Shown here in pieces: positions 30,946 through 43,300 of a stretch of DNA of 64,000 nt (position 1 is the first letter of the stretch; each line of letters begins with the position of its first letter). This stretch comes from Phoronis australis (Eukaryota; Animalia; Phoronida). The position numbers and the translations under genes are program-made. The DNA is taken from NCBI GenBank assembly GCA_002633005.1, contig NMRA01000606.1:107394-171393 (forward strand), given 5' to 3'. Under the pieces are notes generated by a model. The model saw nothing but the letters and a program-made list of their open reading frames with translations. It had not been told where the DNA came from and searched no databases.

Positions 30946-31310
30946 ATGAAACTCTACTCTGTGTTGTGCATACTTTGTGCTTATGCTGCAGGACGGCAAC
31001 TTTTGATGTCGGAAGACAGTGTGTACTTTGAGCGCGGACAGTTTTCCGTGGGGCGTGTCTCCTCTGTCAACGACAATTGCAGTCTACGAGAAGTCCAGCT
31101 GTTCCTTCTAGTGTCGGAGTGTGAACGCCATTGTTTCCTGTTGAAACCTGAACCCCAGCTGTCGGCCCTTTTTTATCGATTTGCACCAAGTTGTGGCTGC
31201 CGAGGGGAGAATTGTAGAGAAGCCCTACAACTCTCCTCATTGGATACGCGCATGCAGTCTCTATGGGCATTAGATTCTTGTGAACAACTGTTTTTGACTG
31301 GATTTTATAG
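30946..31310 (+). CDS. Exon 1: signal peptide plus Cys-rich (PAN/WSC-like) module
   Basis: MKLYSVLCILCAYAAG signal-like N-terminus; SECERHC...SCGCRGENC; GTAAAT donor, phase 2. Confidence 0.65.
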
Positions 31311-34300
31311 GTAAATCGAGAATGAGGTTAACATAAAAAGCATGTTTTTGCAACCTCAACTGGCGACAATAGACATCTTCGTCTACGCGTTAAACGCGAG
31401 CGCGAACATCTGAGTCATAACGTGTCACAAGTTCACGCACGCGTATGCGCTGTGTTCCATTTTGGGTACATGTACGCCCTGTTTAAGTTATGTGCTGGTA
31501 CTGTAATCAACACGAAAATGACAGACTGTTGGATTAGTTCGAAATATCCTCGATTCTGAATGGTTCCGTAACTTGACCCAGTTACCACTGCTGTAGCCAA
31601 AGGTACTTAACAGAGTTATCAAACGGTGGAAATGGTTGTCTAAGGGGGACAATCTGGGACACCGAACGCAAAATTGATTGACTTTTGACGGGGGAGGTCT
31701 TATTTTACTCCCCTCCGCCCTCTGACTATTTCAACGCCAGTCCATACTGTGTAGATTGTCCGAGAATTCCAATATTTTCCTAGTGTCAGTCGGCGGCGAG
31801 AGAAGGGCGGGTAGGGGGCCCGTTGCTCCCGGGCGCCAGAAGAGAAATACGAGTGTGGGAAATAGACTTGGAGAGAGTTTTGTGAACACGTAGAAAACAT
31901 GGTCTTACGTATTCAAATTTTGCCCATGTAAACGGGCGTTAAGTATGTTCTTGTGGTTGCAGCAACCGCAGGCCAGTAAGGAATTGCTCAATAGATGGAG
32001 CATTAAACCAATACACCAGGAGTTACAGGTACCCTTCTGGCACTTTGTACATGTAGCTGTCAAAATATGGCTGGTCGACACCCAGTTTTCACCTGATTTC
32101 TGTAACTTATAGAGTTTTGGCATTTTGAATGCACTGTCTCTCAGTTGGTAGTTATCGTATATAAATGGTGGCTCTGGGGTAAAAAATGCTGATTTTATGC
32201 AATTTGATCGTTTTTTTTTTAATAAGCGGCTGTCCATCCGGTAGTCGTAAAGGTGAAAATTGGACTTTGTCGTATTCAAAGTTTTGGCCCAGTATATCTT
32301 TCATATTTTCAGGCTTTGTAAACACTGTTCAGTGGGCTGTTGGTGTTGCCAAGATCCGGTTTTTATGCCCCAAATCATCAAAAACTGTTGAGTGCTACCA
32401 GTTTCATAAGGATAACTCACTTCTCTACTAGGCACGTGCACCTTTATAAAAGTCCGTACGCAGGATAGTCAAAGCCATCTCCTATTTCATGTCAAAATTT
32501 ACGAAAGTGCAAGGGATAAATTTCCATCAGATTTCCAAAGAATTGAAAACGTAAAACTTGTGTATCAAAGTGCAGGGTAAAATATTAAATTATCCATACA
32601 TGTAAAATGATTTCTACCTTTTCAGAGACTTTTGCTCAGATTTTGGTACGACGAAGTTGATAGCACATTTTCAACAGTACTGAGACATCAATGTCACATG
32701 TCATGTTACGTTGTGTAGCATTGAATATTGGTTTTGTTTGTGAACATCTTTGAAACGTCAATCAAAACTCAACTAAAACATATGTTCTAATAGGGTCGTC
32801 ATACTCTCGCTGCCTTTACCACTACTTTTTACCACTCGCCGTAAAAACCTTGGGTATTTCGACCTACGTACATGTAGATAAAACTCGGGAGAATTTTGCT
32901 TTGGAACCGGATGATATCTACCTCTTCTGGATTGTTTAATCTCCATCAAACAGGACACCAAAGTATACCGCAAGAGTACCTGCACTGATCATTACGTGCG
33001 CTGTTTACTAGTATTCCTCATTAAGATGCTCAAGTCTACGACCTTCTGTTTTTATGCCTGCGCAGAACTTATTCCATGTTCAACCATTCGCACTACATTC
33101 AACCACAGGCGTGCTCAGCTTCTGATCGTGAGTTACGGAAGTACCGACATCGGTCGCGTAAAGTCACGATGTCGGTACTTCCGTAACTCACCGGCAATTT
33201 CCGTACCGTCCTTGACCTCGAGCGGCAACCGATGGACGTGTGCGGGTTTTTTTGTGAACATTTTTGTTCTTTGACTGTGAATTTCTTACGAAGTCGCCGG
33301 AACAGGACACCGTGAATGGTATTGAAAGAAAGAACAATTCTTCATGGTTTGTTGAACCTCTGTTTTGTGTAAATTTATTAAATTTTATGTTTGCTATGGA
33401 CGGCTGAAGTGAAGCACCCGTGGAATTTCTGGTTGGAAGTGTCATACCTTGTAGTATTATTTGTAGTGTATTGGAGACGATCAGAAGCTGAGGACGCCTG
33501 TGCATTCAACAACATGGATGTGCTATGGGCTCGCCCGCATCTCCCATAGTAGTAAACCTATGTATGGAGGTCTTCGAACAGTTCCTTCTACTGTAAGTCA
33601 GTCCCTCCTAGATTGTGGTTGAGATATGTAGACGACACATTTGTTATTATTCGCAACAATGAACTCTCTGCTTTCTTCAAATTCATTAATGAGTTTGACC
33701 CTAACGACAAGTTCACACAAGTACCCTGTAGAGACGGTAAGCTACCTTTTCTAGATTGTTTAATCTCCATCAAAAAGGACGGACCACTTGACTCGAAAGT
33801 AAACCGCACGAGTACTCGCACTGATCACTACCTGCAATTTTACTCAAGCTATCCTATTATCCACAAGCTGGGTGTGATTCACACTTTGAACCACAGAGCT
33901 AAAACTATCATTTGTGGTCCTTCGGCCATTTTGGAGGAACTGAATTACACCCAGGACGCTCTGGCTTGGCAAATGCGGTTATCCACGTTGGTCGTTCACC
34001 AAAGCGAAAAGATCAGAGGAGGAGAAAAGTCACGCTAAGACAATCACCACTGACTGCAAATCCCCCTACCCGTGTGTTGATTCCCTACGTTTAGGGATCG
34101 CCTGACCTCCTCAAGAGGATACTGAAACAGTTTGGCATTTCTTTTATCCACAAACCGTTCAATTCTCGCAGCAGCTGACTGGTTAATGTCAAAGACAAGA
34201 TTCCCACGGGTAATAAATTGAAGTCCATGTTGTTTAGTGTAAGGACCCCCAGTGCTCAGACAGCAATATAGGTGAAACAAAACAGTCCATAAAATGCGAC

Positions 34301-37300
34301 AACGTCGCGACCTAGTTACGGGTTACGTGTGATTCGCCTATTTTGTCCACCTTTGCGCCACTGGACATGATTTTCATACCAATGATGTCACTATCCTAGA
34401 CTGCGAGGAAGGAGTGTCACCAAGGTAGCTCTCCATGAACGCATCAAGAGCCACTCTCTGAATAAACGAGGTGGATTAAGATTCCATCTGTTATACTTAT
34501 GAGATAGTGTCCAGACCTCGATGCCGCGTCGTCTCGTTGAAACTTCACTTATTAGCCAGAACAATAATTACATCACTAGCCAAGCTGATGTCCGTGAGAG
34601 ACTGACGCAACGTCGCTATCTCAAGTTAGCAAAAATTCCAGCATTTGATTCAGTTTCTTCTGTATTTTGTCACCTCAACTGGATGTCTCACAACGTTCAT
34701 ACTTTTAATTGTATTTGGTAATGATTACAGTATGTCCCACTTTCTAACCCCATTATGTGTTTTCACTCATTGCATGCAATTTAACTGTTTTTATATTTAA
34801 AAATTGCTGTCTTCGGTATGTCATTTTCTTTGTGAACCTTTGAATGCTTATAAGTAAAACATTAAGAGTTCAATGAGTGCAAAATTGGTGATTTTGGTAT
34901 CAGAACCACATCGCAATCACATACACACAGTAATCGGAATCTGAAAGATGGCCCTATGAGCAACTTTTTTGTTTCTTTTGATTTTCTCGTGGAATGGCTA
35001 TTAACATATCCTCTTTAGAGGGCATCGATTGTCCTAAGACGTTTGTCCTTGATGCAGAACAAATATCTTTTCCGGATCCAACAAGGTTTTAAATTCCCTG
35101 CAGAACTCAAGCTTCTTATCACGACTCATGTTTTCATACCAGGTCTGTATAGCACAGTCAATCATTCTCTGTATGCACAATTTGTCAAATCCAAACCAAA
35201 ACAAAGTCCATGCGTGAATAGAATATTTTTAACCTCCACACACCACGGTTTGCAACCATATTCGACAAACTCATGCACGATGACTTTGGAAGTCTATCGT
35301 GGCTCATTTTCAGTAGCTTTTTCCAAATTTTGATCAGTTTTGTCAGAATGTGCATAGACAGGAAGTCTTCCAACCTCACCGAGGACTGCAGCGTGGATCA
35401 GGAAAGACAGGACGTTCAGAAAATACTTGAAATATTTTATCTGGGCAGATTCAATTTTGGTATCCAAACCCCACCATATGTTAAGATAGGTGAAATCATT
35501 TTGTCAAATAATTTCATGGCAATGCTGGGTGATAGACCCATGCACTTCACTCAAGCTGATTTTTATAAGGACACTGATTTCAGTGCTTGTGATTCTAAGG
35601 TTTCCTGAGCGAGATTCCAAACTAACTTGGGCGTAAACTTAAGTCCCAAATATTTAAAACAAATAGCTTAGGAGTGCCAAATTACCACTTTCGTACAGGT
35701 AACTTCTTGGTTTCAGTCTATTGCGGAAACTACTACCCGTGTCTTGTTGAGGTTTACTTTTATCCCACTTAGTACAGTGATCTGACAATAGATGAAACTG
35801 CCCCTGTACTCTATGCGCTGTGCTTGCGCAGTTATGCAACCCTGTATGATACCCACTGAATATTGGAATAGATAAGTCAAACCATCTGGAGCTTGAACAC
35901 AAGCTCTAAATTTTTCATACGTAGAAAATGACACCTTCATTATGGGGACAGTATTAAAAGGTGAGGAAATATTGACGAACGCACAACCGAATTGCCCGCT
36001 CTTTCTGCAAGTTATTGCATTTTTCCACCATTGATTGACGAAAAAAATTTGATTAACTGTTGATATTTTTGACGAAACCCTCATTATTCTTCAAATATTT
36101 TTGTATTGGATTGGGTCCAACGTATAAGCTTGTTATTTAATATTTTAGTAAACACCTTGTTGATGACGCTTAGCAAAGGAATGCCTCTGTAATTGTTTAC
36201 AGCGACAGTCGAACCTTTTTTATGCAGTGTCATAACAAATACCGTTACAACATGCCTGAGGAAAATACCCGTCGAGAATGTTGTTGAAAACCTGTGTGGC
36301 ATCGGGTACAAAGATGAGTTTGCTTTCTTTCAATATTTCTGAAATTATACCGTATATTACCGGTGCTTTATCGTTCACCAATTCCTTCGCAACGGCTTCG
36401 GTTATATCAGTGTCAAACACAACGGGATCACTGATATTACAATTTAAAAATTCCTGTTGCTTGTGATCAGCAAGAATACTGTTCACTAGTTCCTTTTGCT
36501 CAGCAATTGTGTTTGACTGCTTAATGACGTTATTCAGGAGTGTTTCAAAATTTAATCCCTATTATTTTAGAGAAATGATATTTTTATTAGACTTCCTCCT
36601 GAACGACTTCAGTAGAGACCAAAACTGCCTTTTGTCACTTAATGACTTTTGCAGATTTTCTGAATATTTCTTTACCTTTCCTTTTCTTTGCAGATGAATA
36701 ATTTGCTAGAGCATCATTAGAACTGCATCTTCGAAATTCACGCAAGAGTCTGTTTTATTGTGTTTCATTGCAAAACCTTCTTCATTCCACCAATCGCGTT
36801 ATAACCATCTTGCGGGCGTGTGTGCATTCTCAGGTGACTTCCTGCATGTGTGCACAGATTTTCAAAACATTTCACAGCAGCATCAACCTAATTGTTCTCT
36901 ATGAAGTCGTACACCTATTGCAAGATCTAGACAAATCTGTCGTCATTCAACTTTCAGTGAAAGTTATCGCGAGATGTAGGATCATTTTTCCATCGTAACT
37001 GACGCATATTGCCCACAAGGATTATCTCAGTCTGGACTGTGAGTGATCCTTCGAGGTTCAGTGATGATGCACATTAAAACACAGTGTAATGAGTAATGTT
37101 GTGAAATGTCATTTTCACGAATTTCAAAATCTGTTATATTTTCAAATAATTCATTGGACATTGTAATATAGTCTATCAGTATGCAACGTCGTCCTGAACA
37201 CAAAAGTGAATTTACCTTCCATGTCTCTTCCCCACCGACCGTTTACCATATGCACACTATGCACATCCGTAACTGGATCAAATCCATTCCGAATGCATTG

Positions 37301-40300
37301 GCATTGTTTTTGGCGTCTTGTGAATTTCGCTGTATTAAAATTGTCTGCAGTATACCATTCGTTCTTCCGCAAATTTGATAAGCTATCGTACATTAAAGAA
37401 ATCCCGTGAATTCAATTTTTGATTATACCTGTGCCGTCCATTAAAAAATAACTAGCATAGGGATGTTGGACTATCAAATGCAGAAGTTCATTTCATGTTT
37501 AAACAAGGTATCGTGGACGATAGGAATAATTATAGAGGTATCTCGCTTCTGTCGGCTATTGGGAAGCTCTTTACCAGAATAATGAATAACCGATTGGATA
37601 AGTGGGCCGAAAGTAATAGTCAATTTTTGGAACCCAAGCAGGGTTCCGCAAGGGTTAGGCGATTGTGGATCACATATTTTCTTTTGTATGCGATATGTCA
37701 GAAACACATAAGCAAAAAGGGTGGCATTTATTGACTTTTCAAAAGCTTTTGATCGAGTACCACGTATTTTACTTTTTCATAGACTTATGCAAATTCATGA
37801 TCATGCTGATATGTTATCAATTCTGCGATCAATGTATAGCAAGTTGAGATCATGTGTTTTAACACATGATCTCAACTTGCTATACATTGATACACATGAT
37901 GGTTTAACAGACTTGCTGTATTTAATTGCTCTATTGGCGCTCCTCAAGGCTGTATCATAAGCTTTCTGCTATTTGTCTTGTATCTCAATGAGTTTTTAGA
38001 AAAACCCAGTTCATGTGGTGACATAAATAGCATCTACTTAGATGAGCATGCTACAAATATTAATTCACTATTATATGCAGATGACATGATTTTGTGCTCT
38101 CTAACAGCGTCTGACTTGCAACGTATGTTGAATTGTCTCAATGATTATTGTGATTCATAGGGTATGGCTGTGAATATAAAGAAAACCAAAATAATTTAGA
38201 AATGGCGGTCCCGTAAGACACTTTGAGAAATGGTTTTTTAACAAACAGCAAGTTTATGCTGTATCTCATTGTAATATCTTGGTGTTTTTTCACACTTAAA
38301 TTGTCATGTTCGAAAGCGACAAAAACTTTTTCTTGTCAAGCAAATAAAGATGCATCATGTGTTTTGAAACTACAGCGCAGATGTCGCGATATGCCCCCAT
38401 CACTTGCCTTCAGTTACTTGATAAATATAGATTCTTACATGGCGAAGTCCTTATTCCCCGTTATCTAGAGCCAGAGTGGAATTTGGAGAATTATCGCCCG
38501 AGGGGCGTTAGCCCCGAGGGTGATAATTCTACAAAATCCACGAGGGCTCTAGATAAGGGGGATAACGGCTGAGAACATGTAATAATCTATTTATACCACA
38601 TACTAAACGAGAAACATTGCAATGAATCGATTTACCTTTTCTGACTCTCCACGGCTTTGTAACTACTTTCTATGTCAGAGGCCTCGGCGGGGTTGGAGGT
38701 CGTGACCCTTTAAGAAAACCGGGCTATTTTTGTCAAACATTGCTTTTACTCAAAACCAATTGAAAACTTAAATATAATACAAATAAATTGAATTTTTAAA
38801 TTAAGGTTTACCAACTATTATAGCTTAAAACACGTTTTTTTCACTCTAAGCCTCGACCGGGAAATTATCGTCTGTTAAAGTAGGTTACCACTGGTAACTG
38901 AATATAATTCTCAAGTCAAAGATCCTGACGACACGAAACCCGCATTCAAACTGGAGATCGGTGGTTTACAAGTAAGAGGACATGAGAGAAAAATTTCACT
39001 GAATTAAGATATCATTTTTATGGAAATTATGTGTCTTATATTTCGTAGCGTATAAGTACAGTACAATGCGGTTTGTTAAACGTGCGATTATTGCGCGTGC
39101 TCATTTAAGTATTCTATTTTCACTCTTGATGACGTCAGTCGCTGCATGGTGTAGTGGTAAAGTCGGCGACCAGCAATTCCACGGTCCCGGGTTCGACTCG
39201 TCCTCGGTTTTCCGCCAAATCGTTATCTCACTAGTGAGATGACTTTATGGGTTATTACACGGTTATATCTGCCATTTGACGCTAATATTGTGGTATAAAC
39301 TGGTGTATCCAACATTGTGTTATGGTGCCGAGATTTGGGGTTTCAAAGAATACGAATGTTTAGAAATTATTAATTTAAAATTTTGTAAATGGAACCTGGG
39401 ACTAGGCAGTTCTTGCTCTAACGCTGCAGTATTCGGTGAATGTTGCAGATACCCTATGTTTACGAAATACTTTGTTAGCTGTATTAAATACTGGTTTAAA
39501 ATTTTGTATAATTGGGGAAGCTCAGTCCGCAATTTATTGTCAATGTATGGTTTCTATGATGTTCGCGTAAACCAAGGAGTCGCATGTCAAGAGTCGTTTG
39601 TAAATACTTTCCCATAACGTGTTACGAACTGTGCTTTGCAAAGGTGGCAGTCCGACATTTTAATCAGAAACATAAAACTAACATCAGTTCTTCAACTAGT
39701 TTACAAAACGTGCGACCATTTGTGCCTGCGTGACTTCATGCACATAAATGTTTGACTTTGATATGTAAAAAGATATACAGTCACCTTCAAGTCGTCTAAA
39801 CTTTTCACCTATGTTTTGCGCTGGCACGCAGGTGACACTCGTTATTCAACTTTTTGCGAGACTAATTTGACAGTCATGATTTACTTTACAACCCATTTTA
39901 TAACCTACATAGAGCAGAGTAAAAATCATATAACTAGGAGAATCATATATACATGGAACACAAAATTAAACATGTCGCAGCAATGAAAAATGTGGGGTTA
40001 TAGCTCCCCCCTTCAGCCCCCTGTGGTGCACCACCCATAGACCATGGGCGGCGCAACACTGAAAAAGTGGGGCTATAGTCTCCCAGCCCCCTGCGGGGCG
40101 CAATCCATGTTAACAAGTGACTTATTGGTACGGTTCCCCAAAGCCGACATTGAAAACTTAATATTAAAAAACCACTGTTTTAGAGGAGAAAAGATTTTCT
40201 CCGCGCAGAAAATATTTTCTCCGCGGCGGAAAGGTTTTCCTCGCTGAGAATTTTTTTTCCACGTAGAAAGTTTTCTCTGCGGCGGAAAGGTTTTCTCCTT

Positions 40301-43300
40301 AAAAAAACTTCTGTCATCGAGGAAAACCTTTCCGCCGCGGCGAAAACTTTTCACTTTGGAAAAAACCTTTCCTCCGAAGAAAAATTTTCACCGTGGAAAA
40401 AATTTCCCGCGGGCAAAATTTTTCTGCAACGGAGAAAATTTTTCTACATCATAAAATAAATCCGCGGAAAAACATTTCCGCCCTAGAGACAACCTTTCCG
40501 TCGCGTCGAAAACCTTTCTCTGGAGTATGTTGACAGGTGTTCCGACATGACTTTTCGTGCTAAAAGTTTTGAGAATAAGTCGCCAATCGAAAACTGGAAT
40601 GCGCAGAAGTCGTATGCGAAATCCTCTCTACAACTGGTTTTTTGCATACGACTACCTGTTACGGAGATAATAGAGAAATAAATCCAGCGAGTGTGATGTT
40701 GTATACATTCCTGCGCGGCCCAATAATGGTCCATGGACACAGATACAAGCAGTCATCATCTAGTTCAAAACTTTGGACTAAGCACCTGAAAATGATAACT
40801 TCACAGCGTTCGCCTACAGTAACGCATATCATACGAAGCACAGCAGAGCAATAAACTAAATGACTTGAATAAGCCAAATAATTTGGCAGTTCCCACAAAA
40901 TAATTAGTTGTGAAAACCTACTGATACCATATTGATCAATGTGTTTTTATTAGTTAAGATGTTCTGACGCAGTACAATAGGTCCGTCCCAGATTACACAG
41001 CAACACTCGAATTTCACTGTATTTACCCACAATGCCGTAATCATCCGTCAGGCACATTTGCTGCCTCGTTTTCGTGCCACTGGAGTTTCACGTGTTATTT
41101 GTTATTTTCCTGATTCTTTACAAGTTTTTCTCGGTTGCATTCAGTACTTTATTCGTCCTTCCAAAGTCAACGAAGTATTATTGTTGTGCCGTGGGCTGCA
41201 ACTCCGACGTGAGAAAGTTTGATAAACTGGACAAATACCCGACTTTCTTATCGCTGGGACAAAGGAGAGTTCTATCGCAGTTTAATCCGGGACGGTCCTA
41301 TTGGGAAGTGTTTTGTTAACAGCCTGGCAATAAAGTACGAGTACTAAATCGGATTGAAAATTTAAGTTGGCTTCATGATTTAGGAACCAAGACGCATTGG
41401 TTAAGAAACATCGATAAATGGCAAATGTCCGACAAAATTTTGACAAATTTTGAAAATAAAACGCTGCCATCCGTCATACTGTGGGACAAAGGCTCTGACG
41501 GCATTTGCCCCGCCGTAAAAGAAGGCTTCTCATAAACTTAGCACAAACTCGTGTTTACGTCAAGATCTGAAGACTGAAAATTTTTAAATTTCATGGTCTG
41601 TTGTCTCAGCTTTTAAAAAAGCTGAGACAGCAGACCATGCAAGTTGCTCTCGGAACGGGATTTTGTCATCATATTCGCTGTTAATAGAGATAAAAATCCG
41701 ATTTCTGCTGGTTCAATAACTTTTTTCTCAAAAAGGCAAATATTGTCCTACATCTTGAATGGTATGATAGCCTGCACATTGCTTAGGAAAGTACCAAAAA
41801 CTGGTAAGACACTTTCTATTCGGGTCTAACATGGGCGACGCAACACTGAATTAACTTTGGGTCTGCCCCCCTCCCAGCCCCCTTTGGTGCGCCGACCATG
41901 TCTAAATTATTTATCATCTGGGTGGAAAGTCACTTTTCTCTCTCTTTCACGAGGCCACTGTAGGATGAAGTACGCACGTGCTTATAAATGAATAATAGGT
42001 TGTGAAAGCCGTACTGAAGAATCTGTTATATTAGTACAGATCGCTTACGTATACAGAACCGAATGGAGCTCACTGTGAAAGTGCAAATACGACTACGAAG
42101 AAAGGTGCTGGCTGTTTTTCACACCAGGGCCCATGACGGTGCATTCCGTGGTATCATCGCCATGACTTTAGAAATATCAAATCATGGCCATGCATTGTAA
42201 TTGTTAAATGTTATTGTCTTTGGGTTTATTTCTTGTTATTTTGGGCGAAATTTGTTTAGACAAGTGAAATCGTTTGAAACATATCATCACGATGTCGCCT
42301 TAATATAAAATTAGTTAGAAAGCCTTTCCATGGTAAACTANGCAATTCCAGCATTTTATTGGGAAACCATGCGTTCACAGCGCAAACTCGACATTTTTGT
42401 TATTGAGAAAACGCATTTTTACAAAAGAGAATCGGTTGTCTAACGTTTCATGTGCGTCAACAACGCAAACCAGACCCACTCATTGAAAAGCCCATATTTG
42501 TCACCAGGAAGACTCTTCGCAACGCAGCCCGATATTTCAAGTGGGATAGCGCAGTTTTGAAAAGATTCCGTCACTTGCGGAGAACGGTTTTTGAGCATCG
42601 GCAATGCAAGCCGAATATTTCATATTGAGAAAGCACATCTTTGAAAAGAAGAACCAACACTTGTTGGGAACGGTCTTTGTGCGTCGACGGCGCACATTTC
42701 TTATTGGGAAAGCCAGATTTTCAAAAATTAATCGCTCAGACCATTTGAGTCTCATTTACCTGCAATTATACTGCTATCAAATGACCGAGCCAGCATTGTT
42801 GATGCTACGACCGCTCATCGAAATAATGTACACCCACGAAATTCGGACACTAGCGGAAACCCAAATTTGGAGGTTCACCAAATTCGGACACCACAAAATG
42901 ATATTTCGCGAGATTCGTCCAAGAATGAATTTTTTCTATTGGAATTAATTTTCAGTGTCCGAAAATCACGCGACTTTACCGTACTTACACACGAGTCTGC
43001 TTGGGCTGAAGTCTGGTGAATAAAACTAGAAATTGGCGTGAGAACGCCGGTGGTCTTGAATAGCGCATTGTGAGCGCGCTATCGTTGTTTATACGGAAAT
43101 AGTTCCACGAGCGGCTATCAATGGCTCAGTTCTATTAAACTTAGAGAGAGAGTACGTGAACGTGAATGTAGGCCTACATAATTTCATATTTTTATTATTT
43201 GCTTTATATTGTATACTTGTTCACAATATGCTCCATATAACGTTGAAATCTTTTTAGTAACAGTTTTTTCGAACTGTATTTAATAGTGAAATTACAGTTT

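Larger units (their letters stand above)
37480..39620 (+). mobile_element. Degenerate CR1/L2-type LINE RT, interrupted at 38426-39294
   Basis: NNYRGISLLSAIGKLFTRI, AFIDFSKAFDRV, SLLYADD; LQLLDK|LVYPTLCYGAEIWG reads through once the insertion is removed. Confidence 0.9.

Noticed and set aside
39138-39210. tRNA gene
   Set aside because: A and B boxes are present but there is no acceptor stem or full cloverleaf, and it lies within a mobile element.
40190-40520. CRISPR-like array
   Set aside because: Units are degenerate and contiguous with no unique spacers, no cas genes, and the context is eukaryotic. The same applies to 63221-63490.
42341-42341. Third single-N junction
   Set aside because: No flanking duplication seen; simply an assembly gap, though it could hide sequence in the VWD intron.
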